Assembly: GCA_002104895.1 (NCBI GenBank)
Contig: MCFG01000172.1
Location: 1 to 64,000 of the forward strand
DNA: 64,000 nt
Origin: Anaeromyces robustus
Lineage: Eukaryota
Direction: 5' to 3'
Position 1 is the first letter of the stretch, and each line of letters begins with the position of its first letter. Below, in pieces: positions 41,193 through 59,561 of this stretch. Position numbers and translations under genes: made by a program. The notes under the pieces are model-generated. The model ran no database searches and had not been told where the DNA came from. It saw only the letters and a program-made list of their open reading frames with translations.

Positions 41193-44100
41193 TTTAATAT
41201 TATACTGATAATATGACTATACGATATTCTTTTTTTTTTTTTTTTTTATTTTTTTAACTTTTTACAACAGTTTGACTTTTAATAATAGAATTAAAGATAA
41301 ATAAATTAAAAATCAATTATATAAACGTTGATAATAAATAAATAATATATAATAATTAAAGATTTAAATTAAATGTATTGGATGAAGAACGTATTGTTAA
41401 ATAAGAATTGTATTATATATTTTTTCTATATCAAAAAAATATTAAATGAAAAAAACTTTTTTATTTATTTTATCGAAAAAAAAACTTTTTAAAATAATAT
41501 TAAAAAAGTTGAATAATAATATAAATTTACAAAGTGAATATATTTTTTTACTTTTGTAGTATTTATATTGTTATATGCGATTTACTTTTTATTCAAGTAA
41601 TTTATAAATAAAGTGTATATTATTGATAATTATAACAACAAAAAATATTATAATTTTAATAACAATTTATTATTCTATTTAGATTTATATATATCAATAA
41701 AATGTAAATAAATATAAACTATTATTAATTATTTTTATTGTTAAATAAATAATATTGATTACTTATTATTATAAAATAAAAATAAATATTCTTTGTATAT
41801 TTTATTTACTCTGTTATAATTTACTAATTATTTTTTATTTTATTTATTATTTATTACTATTCTTATTTCAATTTGACTTCAAAACAAAGAATTTTTTTTT
41901 ATTTTATTTTTATTATTGCTTTTCAGTAAAATAAAAAGAAAAGAAAAAAAAAAAAAAAAAAAAAAAAAGGAAAAATCAAATAAAATAAGAAGATATTTAT
42001 ATTAATTAATTTCTTTTTAATAAATATATTAACATCTCATTTTTAGATAATTTTGAAAATCTAACAATTAAAGTATATAATAATTCAATATATAAAAAAT
42101 TATATATAATATATAGAGAAAATATATTATAAAAGAGATTCTTGACATATAATTGGAACAATATATTAATATATAATATTATATATATTAATATAATTTA
42201 TAAAACAAGTATTTACTTATATTAACTCTAAAGGATATAATTGTAATATATTACTAATATATTTAACGTTACACAACGCATTAATTTTATTTATTATATA
42301 ATTAGCTTTATTTTCATAAGATTTTCAGGTATTTCTTAAATACATTCATACAATTATTTTATTAAATATTTCCTAAATGTATTCATAATATATTGTCACA
42401 ATATATTATTATTAAATAAATAATATATTCTCATATATTACTTATTTATGTGGGATAAAACAAAAAATAAGTAGATGTATAAATATATTTAAATAAATCA
42501 TATAAATAAATAAGTAAATAAATAAATTAATCTTTGATAATTAAACAATCATCAAAATAAACAAATAATTTAACTTTAATAAATAAGACAAGGAAAATGA
42601 AAATAAAAATACAAACAAAAAATATAAATATGTAACAGATTTTTCTCTTATTTTTATTTTTTTATTTTTCATTTTTCATTTTTTTATTATTATTTATTAT
42701 TATGTTTCTATAATTGTGTTTTGTTATAATTATAGCTTAAACAATGAATTGCTTTTCGTCATGATTAATATTTTCATGTTGCATTTATGTACCGCTAAAT
42801 GTTTTTATATATATATTTTTTTTAACTTCTTAATTTCTTTTTATCAATTAATTTATATCATAGTGAAAATTGTCTTTTACGGTTAAAAAAAAATATTTTT
42901 TTTAATGATTGCATATTATATACATATACATTTATTTATAATTAAAAAAAAAAACTTTTGTATAATGTATTATGTAAAAATTTAATTACATTTTATTAAT
43001 AGAAAAAAAAAGGATTTACTATTAATAATAAATTATTAATGAATAAAATCAATAAAAAAAAAAAAAGAAGAATAACATGATTTTAAAATAATTTTCACAC
43101 TTGATTATTTTATGTTATTTAGAATATTCATAGAGCGTGAAAAAATATATATATTTCTTTTATTATTCTAATAATTTACTTTTTAATTTATATTTATTCA
43201 TAATATAAATAAAAAGAGAAGAATTTTTCTTTTCTCTCTCTCTCTTTTTTTATAATTATATTATTAATAATAAACAATTTTAGTATTATTAAAAAATGAA
43301 TTAACCAATTGGATTATATTTAAAAAATTAAAATAAATGAATAAAAATTAATCATAAATATTATTAAATTTTATTTTTATTTTTTTTTTTTCTTTTTTGA
43401 TTTTTTTCTTATCTAAATAAAAAGTTTATTTATATATCTAATATCTATCTACTTATTAATTAATTATTAATAATTAATAATTAATAATTAAATGATTTAA
43501 TATATTAATATATTAATTATTCATTACTGATTATTAATTATTAATCATATTTTCTTTGTTAATAATTTATTATTATTATTTTTTTTTGGTATTTTGAATT
43601 TGGTTATTCTTTTTTTTTTTTCTTTTTCTTTTTTTTTTTGATATTCTTAGAAAAACAATAAAAAAATATACATTAATATAAAAAATCTTATTATTATATA
43701 TTTTATGAATAGTTATTTAGCTATTATTATATATTCTGTTTTATATCTGTTTAACTATTTATTTATTTGTTTATTATCTGTTGATAAATTTATTTATTTA
43801 TTTAATTTGCCTTAACATTCGATGGAATTTTTTAAGAATTATGGCTATTATATATTAAAAAACGGAATATTTAATTTTGTAATACAATGAATTATAAGGA
43901 TAAGCATAATTTTATTACGTACATTTATTTAAACTATTAAATTTGAAGAATTATAGTTTTTTGTATAATTAATTATAAAAAATTTCGTACATTCTAAATT
44001 TACAAATTTCAATACAATTACAATAATATAAAAAAAAAAAAACTTAATCATTAATAGTTTAATAATATTATATTATTAAATTATTAATTATTAAATGTCA

Positions 44101-45088
44101 ATGAATGTTAATGTTAATGTTAATGTTAATATTAATGACTATTATTAATATTTTTTTATAATAATATAAAATTAAAAATATATAATAAAAATTCCATTAT
44201 TAATATTATTAGTCCTTTTATACTATAAAAAAAAAAAAAGCGTTATTATAATAAAAATATTATATTATGATTATTTTTATACAATATATTTTTATTATAT
44301 TTGGATTATTTTTACAAAATTGGTTTTGTCATCTTTGTTTTTTACTCTTTTCTTCTAAAATATTGAATTAAATTATTATTAATGAATAAATGATTTATTT
44401 AAATAAATAAAATATATTATTAAATAATAATATATTATAAAATTATGATTAAAATTAAAAAAAAAAAAAAAGAGTAATAATAATTAAAGGGATTATAATA
44501 TGTAATATTATATATATATATATATTTATATATACAGTTTTCAATGTTTTTTTTTTTTCTATTTAAAATTTATTATTTATTATTATTTTTTTTTAATTAG
44601 ATACAAGATAACAAATACAATTTTTTGAATTTTTATTATATTGTATATTTTTTATTTCTTTTTTATTATTATTATTTTTTTTCTTTTTAAAAACAAAAAT
44701 ATTAAATAAATCTACCTAGATAAAAATAAAGTTTTATAAACTATATATATATTAATATGTAATAATTATAATTTTATCTAAGTATTTTATTTATTATCTA
44801 TATAAATATTTATATTAAATAAAAAAAAATATTTATTTTCAGTAATTTTAATTATAATGATTTTTTTTTTTTAAAAATGTTTTTTTTTAAAAAAAATATC
44901 ATTATATAATTCTGTTAATAATATTTGATGTTTATATTTTATTTTATGTAGTATAATATTTTTATATAATATTTCTAATTCATTCTACGAATAATTCGTA
45001 TTTACGAATTAGGTTTTTTTAATTTTATATAATATATATATACAATTTTTTTTTTCATATAATATTTGTAATTCGTTTTACGAATTAT

Positions 45089-45131
<43 letters not shown>

Positions 45132-45595
45132 TATATATTATATATATACAATTATTTTTTATAACTAATATAAAATAATAATATTATTATAAATATTGTT
45201 ATTTTATTTTATTTTTTTTTTGTTGCTGCTGCTGTTTTATATATTGTTATATTGTTGATATTATTTATTTATAATTAACAACTGAATGGTTTTAAAGTTC
45301 CAAAAAAAAGTATGAATTTAATTTAATAATTAAATTTATAGTTAACCATCTTTAATGTAACCATACAGTAATGCATATTTATATAAACATCAAAATAAAT
45401 GATTTAATCTTTATTATTAATATGATTTTTATGATTATTACTGATAATGTCAATATTTCGTAAAAAAAAATTTTTTTTTTTTTTTTTTTCATTTTTTTTG
45501 TTTGAAGTTAAATGAAATTAAATTATATATTATTTTATTATATTATTACATGAAAAAGTTTTTTTTTTCCTTCAAATTTTTTATATATGTTTTTA

Positions 45596-46369
45596 CTAAT
45601 TTCCTTTTATCATATGATATATTAGAATCAAAAATACATAAATATAATAAAGGATTATAGCCATCATGACAGTTATCATAATACATATACAACCACTGAA
45701 ATCTGAGTATCGTTCAAGTTTAATTCTTTTAAATTCATTAAAACGACTATCAACTCTAGACATTAAAGGATATACATCAGAAGAATTATCTGACATACTA
45801 TCTTCTTGATTTTCTTCAAGAATAATAATAGAATCATTATTAATTTCATTAAATTCTAATAAATCATTATTTGATGTTGAAGTTTTTCCAGTATTTGATA
45901 TTTTATTAAATATGCGATCTATTGTTATATTTTAATATTTTTTTAAAAAAAAATATTTAATTATTATTATTATTATTATTATTTAATTTTATATAATTTT
46001 TTATTATATATATTTTAATTTTTAATATTTATATTATATATATATATATATATTTTTTTTTTTTTAAAAAAATCAAATAATATTAATTCATAGTATTTTT
46101 TTTTATATAATAATAATATTTAAATATATATACCTTTAATACTTAATTTACTATTCCTTATATAATTATTACTTATTTCTTTTGTGAGGTTAGGAAGTGG
46201 TTTTAATGGTACAAATTCACCTTCGAAATTAGGATTTAAAAATGGATGTCCTAGTGCTGTATCAATACTAATTCTATTGTATGGTTTTGGTTCCAATATA
46301 TTATTAATGAAATCAATAGCTTGATAATGATAATAAAAGAATTATAAAATATTAATATGAATAATTATA

Positions 46370-46439
<70 letters not shown>

Positions 46440-47530
46440 GCAATAATAATGATTTAAAAAGATAATTTTACCTTTATTAGATAATATTTTATTATCTATA
46501 GTTAGATATGATAAATCATTCTCGTAAATAACCTCTAATTGTTTAGAAGCATTATATTTATTTGTAACATATGGGAAAAACCCGGTTAAAATACGATAAG
46601 CAATAACACCAAAAGCCCATATATCAACTGGTTTACTATATGGCTTATTTTCAAGAATTTCTGGTGCCATATAATGTAAAGTACCTATCATACCTGAAAC
46701 GTCATCTTCATCTGATCTTTCAACAGTTTCACCAAAATCAATTATTTTAATTGAAGAAAGGTCATTTCTATCTTTTAATAAAATATTTGATAATTTTAAA
46801 TCACGATGAATAAAAAGGTTCTTGTGCATAACTTTAATAGCAATAAGAATTTCCCTTAATATATAAATAGCTTCTTCTTCAGGAAAGTAACCTCTTTCAT
46901 TAACAATATCGTCTAAAGAACAATCGGCTTTTTCCATGGCAATTATATATTGGTCTTCACTTTTGTCTTCCATAAAATCATACATTTCAAGGAAATGTTT
47001 TGGATCCTCCTTATGAAGATATTTCATTGTGTAAGCTTCCCTTGAGACTTTATAATCATCTGAAGTTGACATTGTAAAATATTTCAAGACAACATGTTCT
47101 TCGGTAGTGGCATCAAAGGCATACCAAATATTTTCTTTTCTATGTATATTTTAATTTATTTTAATATTATAAATATTATATATTAATATATTTTATAAGT
47201 TAGATTATGTATTATATATGTACATATTATATAAAATATAATAAAATAAAAAATAAAATAAAAACAATAAAACTAAAATATTTTCTACATATATTTTAGA
47301 ATAATAAAATTGATAGGTTATTACATCATATTAATATGATATATAAATATTAATTATTAAGGTTATGTATTATATATTATTAAATTTTATATGGTATTTT
47401 TATTGTTTTATTTTATTATTTATTATTTTTTTTTATATTTAAACAATAATGTATTTAAAAAATATTATCATAAAACAATAGGATATATATATTACCCATT
47501 TAAACGACTTTCTGGCCAATACTTTGACAT
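45596..47530 (-). CDS. CAMK-like Ser/Thr kinase, paralog 2, with C-terminal hydrophobic anchor; exons 47530-47496, 47139-46472, 46319-46134, 45918-45596
   Basis: Highly similar to paralog 1 with the same first three intron positions; HRDLK, DFG and APE are present. The last exon ends ...SGCICIMITVMMAIILYYIYVFLILIYHMIKGN*. Confidence 0.88.
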
Positions 47531-48437
47531 TTTGATTAAAATCTTTTTTTTTTTTTTTTATTATTAGAGAAATATATTATTTATTATATTTAAATATATT
47601 TACGTAATTGAATTTTCTAAATATTATGTTAATACAAAAATATTTGCTTATTTTCTTTTTCTTTTTTTCGGATTTCTTTTCTGTTTATTGAAAATAATTT
47701 AAGTAAAAACAAATAAGTCAATAATAAATAAAACTATTGAACAATGATAATTATTACAATAATTATATGTAATTATATGTAATATTATCTATTTATATAT
47801 ATAAATGATTTCCTTTTTATTTATGTATTTTAAATACAATATATAAATTATTTAATATTAATGATTTATTATATATTAGTTATTATTAATTATTAAGTAT
47901 TTCTATTTTATTTTATTTCTTTCTTTTTTTTTTTTTTTATTAAAAAAAAAAGAATTTAAAACATAAAATTCTTAAAGTTAGTTAATTATTATTTTTAATA
48001 TAAAAAAGATGAAAGAAGAGTATATAAAATCTTTTTCAAAACTTTTATTAATAAATTATTTTATTTAAGACTTTATTATTACTTTTAGTTTAATTTTAAT
48101 TTTTTCATTTTTCATTTTTTTTTTTTTATTTTATTTTTAAAATAAAAAAGAAAATAACAACAAAGAAGAAAGTTAATATAAATAACAGTTGAGTAATAAA
48201 TATTAATTAATATAAATTGTATAAATGTAATAATAATAATATATATCGATATAAATACTATATGTTATTATATATAACTTTAAAACAAAGAATTGGAACA
48301 ATATATTTATTATAAGATATAATATATTTCTTATATATTAATAATATAAAGAATTATTCTATTTACAATAAATCTGGTTACATTTTATAATACTTTTTTT
48401 TTTGGTTTTTATAAATTATAAATAATAAAAACAAACA

Positions 48438-48820
<383 letters not shown>

Positions 48821-49423
48821 TATTAATGAATGAAAATATGTTAAATTTTTTGTATGTAGAATTAATAAGGTTTTTGTTAATTATTTTTTTATAGACTTAT
48901 AGAAGTAATTCAGTAATGTTCTTCTCCTACTATCTACATTGCCAAAAGTCTATGTCTTAAATGAATACCTTCAGATATAATATTATATGCTCATCATGAG
49001 TAATTTTGGAGGTTAAAATTTCTATCTAAACTTCAATATTATCATTAAATAAATTAGTAATAATTTATATAAAATAATAATTGATATTATATAAATTAGT
49101 TATAGTATTTAGTAATAATAGTATAAAAATGGAAATAACAATTAAGAAAAAAAAATTGATGTAAAAAATTAAATAAATAGAAAAAAAGTAAATAAATGTG
49201 TAGATAAATAAATGAATGAATAAATAAATAAATAAATAGATAAATAAATAAATAGATAAATTAATGAATAAATATATAAATAAATAAAAAAATAGTATAA
49301 ATAAATTTTAAAACTAACGAATAAAATTTCATGAAATGTTTTTAATATTTATATTAGAATAAAGTTTATCATATCTTTGAGTGAAATATATAAAATAGAA
49401 GAATTTTTTTATAGGGTTATATC

Positions 49424-51784
49424 ATGGCTAAGAAATCTTTTAAATTGGAAAACATTAATGATATAAAAGAATTTTTTGATTCTTATGATACTTTTATTTT
49501 TGATTGTGATGGAGTTATTTGGAGAGCCAATAATTTAATTAAAGGTGTAAAAGAAGCCTTAACTTTAATGAAGAAAAATGTAATTTATAAAATTTGAAAT
49601 TATAATTAATTCTATAATTATCATTCAGTAATTTTAATGTAATATTTGTAATATTAAATGTTTTCATAATAAAATATTTATTGATTTTAATATTTAATAC
49701 AACATTATAGAATAAAAGAACTATATTTGTAACAAACAACAGTACTAAAAGTCGTGAAGAATATTTCAAAAAATTTTCTTCTTTAAATCTTCCAGTTGAT
49801 ATTGTAATTTTTTTAATAAAATTCTTCTCGCTATAATATTTATTAAATATTTATACTAATTTTTATTTATTTATTTATTATATTATATTATATTATATTA
49901 TTTATATATTCTCTTCTAAATATAAAAAAAATTGAAATGATTCGAAATGCATTTATATTTTATTGAAATATAATTAAAATTAAAATTAAAATTAAAATTA
50001 AAATTTAATTCCATAAAAATATATTATCTTCAATAATAAAATTACATTTACATTGAATATATATATAATTGATTGATTATTCGAAATGTTTATTAAAATT
50101 TCATTGGAATAATATAATTATAATAAATATAATGTGTATTATATACTCTCAATTATTAATTAATAGAATGATATCTTTAGTTCAGCTTATTCAACTGCTT
50201 ATTATTTAGGAAAAGTTATAAATTTTCCAAAAGATAAAAGAGTTTATGTTATTGGTACAAAAGGTTTAATTAAAGAAATCGAAGATGCTGGTGTTAATGC
50301 ATTTGGTTATGAGGTATTATAATATCATTATTATAATATTATATATAATTAAAAAATTATTATTAATTCATAAATAAGAATAAAGAGGAATTATAAAGAA
50401 ATATATAATTTAAAAAAATAAAAATTATATATATAAAATTTTATTAATAAAGTTAGAGTAAAATAATAAAAAAATTATTTTAAAAAAATAAAATAAAAAA
50501 TAAAAAATTAAAAATTAGGATAATATTACGGAACCTTTTGTAAATGAAGAAGAAATATTTAAATCAATAAAACCAGATGATTCTGTTGGTGCTGTAGTCG
50601 TTGGATTTGATATGAAGATTAATTATAAAAAATATGCAAAAGCTTATACATATATTAATCATAATCCAGAATGTCTTTTTTTAGTTACCAATAGTGATAT
50701 TACCTATCCAGTTCAAAATTCAGTACTTCCAGGTAAATTTAAAAATTATTTAAATAATTTTTATTAATTACATAATTAATTAATAATTTTTATTGTTGTC
50801 TTTTTTTTTTTTTTTTTTTTTCATTATATATATATATATATATATTATTTTAATTTTTTTAAAATATTATATGATCATGTTTTTTATGATATTTTTTATT
50901 AATAGAGGCTGGATCAGTGGTAGCACCTTTAATAGCTATAGCTAATAAAGAACCTATATTCCTCGGTAAACCAACAGCTAATATGATTAATTGCATAAGT
51001 CAAAAGTAATTAAATATATTTTAATCATTTATTTTATATTTATATATTTATTAGTATATTAATAAAAATAATTATATTTTTTATTAAACTATATTATATA
51101 TATATATAAACCAACATATTATTATTTAAATAATTATATAATTTATAAAATATTTTTTATTTTATTTTATTTTATTATAAACATTTTATAATATTAATTA
51201 TTACAAAAATATAATAATAAAAGGTTTAATTTAGATTTAAAAAGAACTTGCATGGTTGGTGATAGGTATATATTATTAAAGTTTATCATAAATAATTTAT
51301 AAATTTAGTTATTAATTAAAAGTATAAAACAAAAAACATATTTTATTTATTTAAATATTACACTAATTATAATATAATATTTAAACTATTATCCTTATAA
51401 AAACTTTATTTCATAATTAAAAAGATTAGACACGGATATGGTATTTGGAAAGAATAATAATATAACAACCTTATTAGTACTAACTGGTATTTTTTTTTTT
51501 TTATTTTGTTTGTTTTTTTTTTTATTTTTATTTACATTATTTTATAATTTTTATTTTTATTTTTTTTTTTTAAAAAAAATAGTTGAATTTTTTATAATAA
51601 TAAACTTTTATATATATATATATTATTTTATTTACTTTTTATTATTTGTTTAACTATTATAATTTTATATATATTATAATAATAATATTTAGGTGTAACT
51701 TCTGAAGAAACGTTAATGAATCAAAATGAAATAATACCAGATTATTACATTGAAGGATTAAATTCATTTAATCAAATAATATAA
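49424..51784 (+). CDS. PHO13: HAD class IIA phosphatase (PHO13/PGP-like); exons ~49424-49579, 49711-49803, 50167-50313, 50519-50732, 50906-51005, 51224-51265, 51425-51486, 51693-51784
   Basis: Missed by the ORF track. Spliced motifs: 'YDTFIFDCDGVIW', 'FVTNNSTKSR', 'VGAVVVGFD', 'FLVTNSD', 'LGKP', 'CMVGDRLDTDMVFG', 'TLLVLTGVT', 'PDYY'. Confidence 0.93.
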
Positions 51785-53003
51785 TAAATGTAACATTTTA
51801 ATTGTTATAATATAATATATAATTAATTATTTGATTATTAATTTTTAATTATAATTTTTTAATCCTACCAATTTTTTTTTAATTTATGGCAATACTTTTA
51901 TTAATTTATTAAATAAAAATAAATAATTTATATGAATAAATAGATAATAATTTAATAATAATTTTAATTATTAAAGATAAAAAAAATAAGTATATATTTT
52001 TAATAAATATTATTAAAAACTAGCAAGAATTAAAAAATATATAAATAAATATATCGCATATACATAAAAATAAAATGTTTTTTTATAGTATTATCCATAT
52101 TTAATAATACTTTTAATAAATATTGTAGTAGAAAATGAATATTTGAAAATAGAATATAAAAAAACTTTAATACATGAAATAAAAATAACATTTTAAATAT
52201 ATTTTTGTTGTAGTAATAAAAATATTTGTATGTATTTTAATTTTTATTTTTATTTTTTATTTTAATTCATTTAAATATTTATTAAATGTTATTGTAACAA
52301 TATTTATGACGAAAGAAAAAAAAAAAAAAAAAATAAAAATATAAAAAAAAAAATTAATTAAAAAAATTAATTAAATTATTAAATTAATTCTCTTCCAATA
52401 ATCAAATTTTAATTTTTTGTTTTTTGTTATGGAACTTTATATTTAATAAAAAATTTTTTTAAATTATATTAAATACTAAATATATATTATATTTTAATTA
52501 TATATTAAATACTAAAATAATATAATATATTATAAAAGAAATAGTTCATTAAACTTTCAATTTCGTTTCCTAGCTTTCTTTTTACATTACTTTCTTTAAA
52601 AAGTAATTTAAAAAAAATATATACCAATTATTTCAGAAGGAATTTTTTTGTTCTTTTATTGATTTAGATAAAAAAACTATCATTTTTAAATTTCAATTTA
52701 TTTTTCAATTAAAAATTGAATTATACCATATAGTAATATATATTCAATTAATACTTTTTAAATGAGTATTATTAATTGAAAGAAGAAAATATAAAAGATA
52801 ATTACTAGATAATAAAATAGGATTTATTTACATTATAACTCAAATTTAAAAATAAAAAAATAATTTATACAATAAAAAAAAAAAGAGGAAATTAATAAAT
52901 TTATAATCTGTAACAGTTAAAATTACTTTGATATATCATAAAAATTATTCAATAATTATTATTATATATTAAATATCAATTATTATAAAATTTTTATGTT
53001 ATT

Positions 53004-56428
<3,425 letters not shown>

Positions 56429-58169
56429 AATATTTAATATATTTTCGTTATTATTAATATAAAAATTCTAATAGTAATCATTTATTTATAAATAATTTGA
56501 AAACATATTTAAAAAAGATTCAAAGAATTTATATAAAGAAAATTATATAAAGATATTTAAAAAAGGAATAAAGGAAAATAATATATATATATATATATAA
56601 ATTATTAAGATATATATGCATATTATTTATATTTAATTTTTAATTTTTATATAAAAAAAATTAAGAAAGTAAGAAATGAATATAACAAAAGATTAAATAA
56701 ATAAATAAATAAAAAATATAATGATAAATTGATAATTATAAAATGATAATTATAAAAATATAAGAAAACATATAAATTAAGCTTTCATAATAAATATATA
56801 TAATAATGACATATAAAATAGTATTAATTAATATTCATGAATAAATTTATATATATAATTTTATTAGATATTCATTTATACATTTATTATATGAATTATT
56901 TATTATTAATATTTAAAAGAAAAAAAAAAAAGTTAAGCTTTTTTTTATATTAAAGTAAATACAATAATTATTATTAATATGTTACACAATGCTATGAAAA
57001 GTAAAAGTTAATTATAAATATATCATATTTGAATTTTTAATTATTTATTATTATAAACTATATTATAGGGTATAATGAAATAAATATTATAAAAATAAAG
57101 TTGAGCATAATAACTGTATCAAATAATAGTTTTTGTATGATATTATATACAAGATGGTCATTATAATATTTATAATAGTTATTTAACATAATAATTATTA
57201 TACTTTATTAATTGTTATTAATATATTTTAATTATTTATATAATTAATATTATATTTTTTTATAATATTAATTAAATATGTTTAATTTAAAATAATTTAT
57301 ATATTTTAATTAAAATTCATTTTTCATATTTTTTTTTTTTTTATTTTACTTTAGTTTTTAATTAAATATTAATATTTTATTTTTCAAATTAATTTTATAA
57401 TGTTTTTATATATATATATATAGTTGTTTAAATTTCTACTGAATCTATATTAAAATTTTAACGTAACAAAAATGAAACCCTTATTTTAATACCATGTTTA
57501 TATTATATATATAATATAAAAAAAAAAAATAGAATATTTAATATAAAACATACATATATTTATAATTCATATTTAAATAATTTAAATAAAATGAAACACT
57601 ATTATATTTAAATTTGTAATAAAAATGTTTAAATATTTATTTATGTATATTTATATTTTAATATAAAGATGTTAAATTATTCCATACTTTTTTTGGTGAT
57701 AAATTAAATTAAATAAATAAATAGAAAAAAAAACTTCTTTATATGGCTGTTAATTCTATGTTTCAATGTAATTTTTTTGTACCTAAATAATTTGTTTTAG
57801 TGTTATTTTATACATATATACATATATATGTATTTATATGTTTTTGTTTTAATGTTTTAAATTGTTTGTGTTTCAGGTATTATTATATGATAATATAATA
57901 TAATATATAATGAGAATATATATTATAAATACTTTATAAAAAAATTAATTAAAAAGTTAAATTTGTTAAAAAAAAAAGAAAAAAAAAAAAAAAATGAAAT
58001 AAAATAAAAGAATAAACAAAGAGAAAACTGTCAAAAATAATAATTTTTATTAAGAATAAATCATTATATTATAACTATTATAATATAATGTATATAGAAC
58101 TGTTTTTTTTTTTTATATTTATATTTTTATTTTAATTTTAATTTATTTATTGATAATTAATATTATTAC

Positions 58170-58210
<41 letters not shown>

Positions 58211-59089
58211 GCTTATTTTATACATATTTAAAGTGAAATGATTATAGTATTAAATTATTATATTTTTAATTAAATTAATGGTTTTACTAATTAAATGATA
58301 AAAGTATTAAAATTGCTAAAATAAAAATATTTCTTAAATACTTAAAATAAAGTGAAAAAAAAAATTTTTTTTATACTAATAATTAAGGATTATAATAATA
58401 TTTGTTAAATAATATATAGCAAAATAAAGATAATATTAAATATTATATTAAATATATAATAAAAAATAAGAAATAATAATATTAGTTTTAAATGATAAAA
58501 AATAAAAGAAAAGAAAAACATAAGAAAAAAAAATTATGAATATATATATATATTTTTAAAAAGGAAAAAAGAAAGAAAAGAAAAAAGAAAATATTAAAAA
58601 AAAAAAAAAAATTTTTTTTTCATCTTTTGTGTTTATGTTTCGCATGTACTATTAGTAATTTTCAGTTTTATTTAATATCTATTTTTTAAAGAAATTTTAT
58701 TTAAATTTAATTTTTTATTTTTGATTGTTTTGCTTTTGACTTCTATTTATGAAAAATGTTTTTTTTTTTTCTTCTTCTTTAAAAAATATATAATAAAACA
58801 CATTTTATACCTAAATTAATAAATTTAATTATAAAAATTTAAAACGTCTTTTAATTATTAATTAATATCATTTATATTTATATATATGTAAATTTTAATA
58901 ATTAAATATATATATATATAAATAAATAAATAATGAACAATATATATATTACTAACATTTTCTCTACTTAATTTATTCACTTGTATGGTATATTCAAGTT
59001 CAATATTAATAACTTGAATATATAATGCGTAATATATATATTATCAAATAATAAAGTTTTTTCTTGTTTGTTATGTTTAATTTTTTAAA

Positions 59090-59120
<31 letters not shown>

Positions 59121-59193
59121 GCTTTTCTTTTTTCTTGTTACTATTTTTTTTTTTTTTATCTTATTCCTTTTTTTTTTTTTCTTTTTTCCTTTT

Positions 59194-59233
<40 letters not shown>

Positions 59234-59561
59234 CGTAATGATTGATTTTAATACTTATTTATATTATCATTATTATCTAATTATTCATGTTTATGTTTAT
59301 TTCTATTATATATTACCTATTATTTTATGTTTAATAATTTTTATCTACTTTTTTTTTTTTAATTATTATTTCTATTTTCTTTATATAATATTTAAAAAAA
59401 AATTAACATCATAGTATAAATTAAAAAAAAAAAAAACAGATAAATAAAAAAAAAATTAATAAACATAAAATAAAATAATAACAATAATAGTAAGAATATT
59501 AGAAATGATAATTATTTAAATTGATATAAATATAATTAATTTTTTAAAAATTTTAATTTTC

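Noticed and set aside
41200..45500. Long intergenic stretch searched for tRNA, rRNA or hidden exons (also 56500-59500)
   Set aside because: I found no recognisable RNA gene or consistent exon chain by eye; a covariance-model scan would be needed to exclude them.
58989..59022. Short hairpins (tatattcaagtt..aacttgaatata; also ~26449-26469 and ~4001-4030)
   Set aside because: Stems of 8-12 mostly A/T bases are expected by chance in this background.
59064..59414. Phe/Ile/Tyr-rich hydrophobic ORFs (also 859-1149, 3553-3861, 6328-6516, 7223-7405, 8768-9061, 24345-24629, 37495-37698)
   Set aside because: Low-complexity T-rich intergenic or UTR sequence with no motifs; expected by chance at this AT content.
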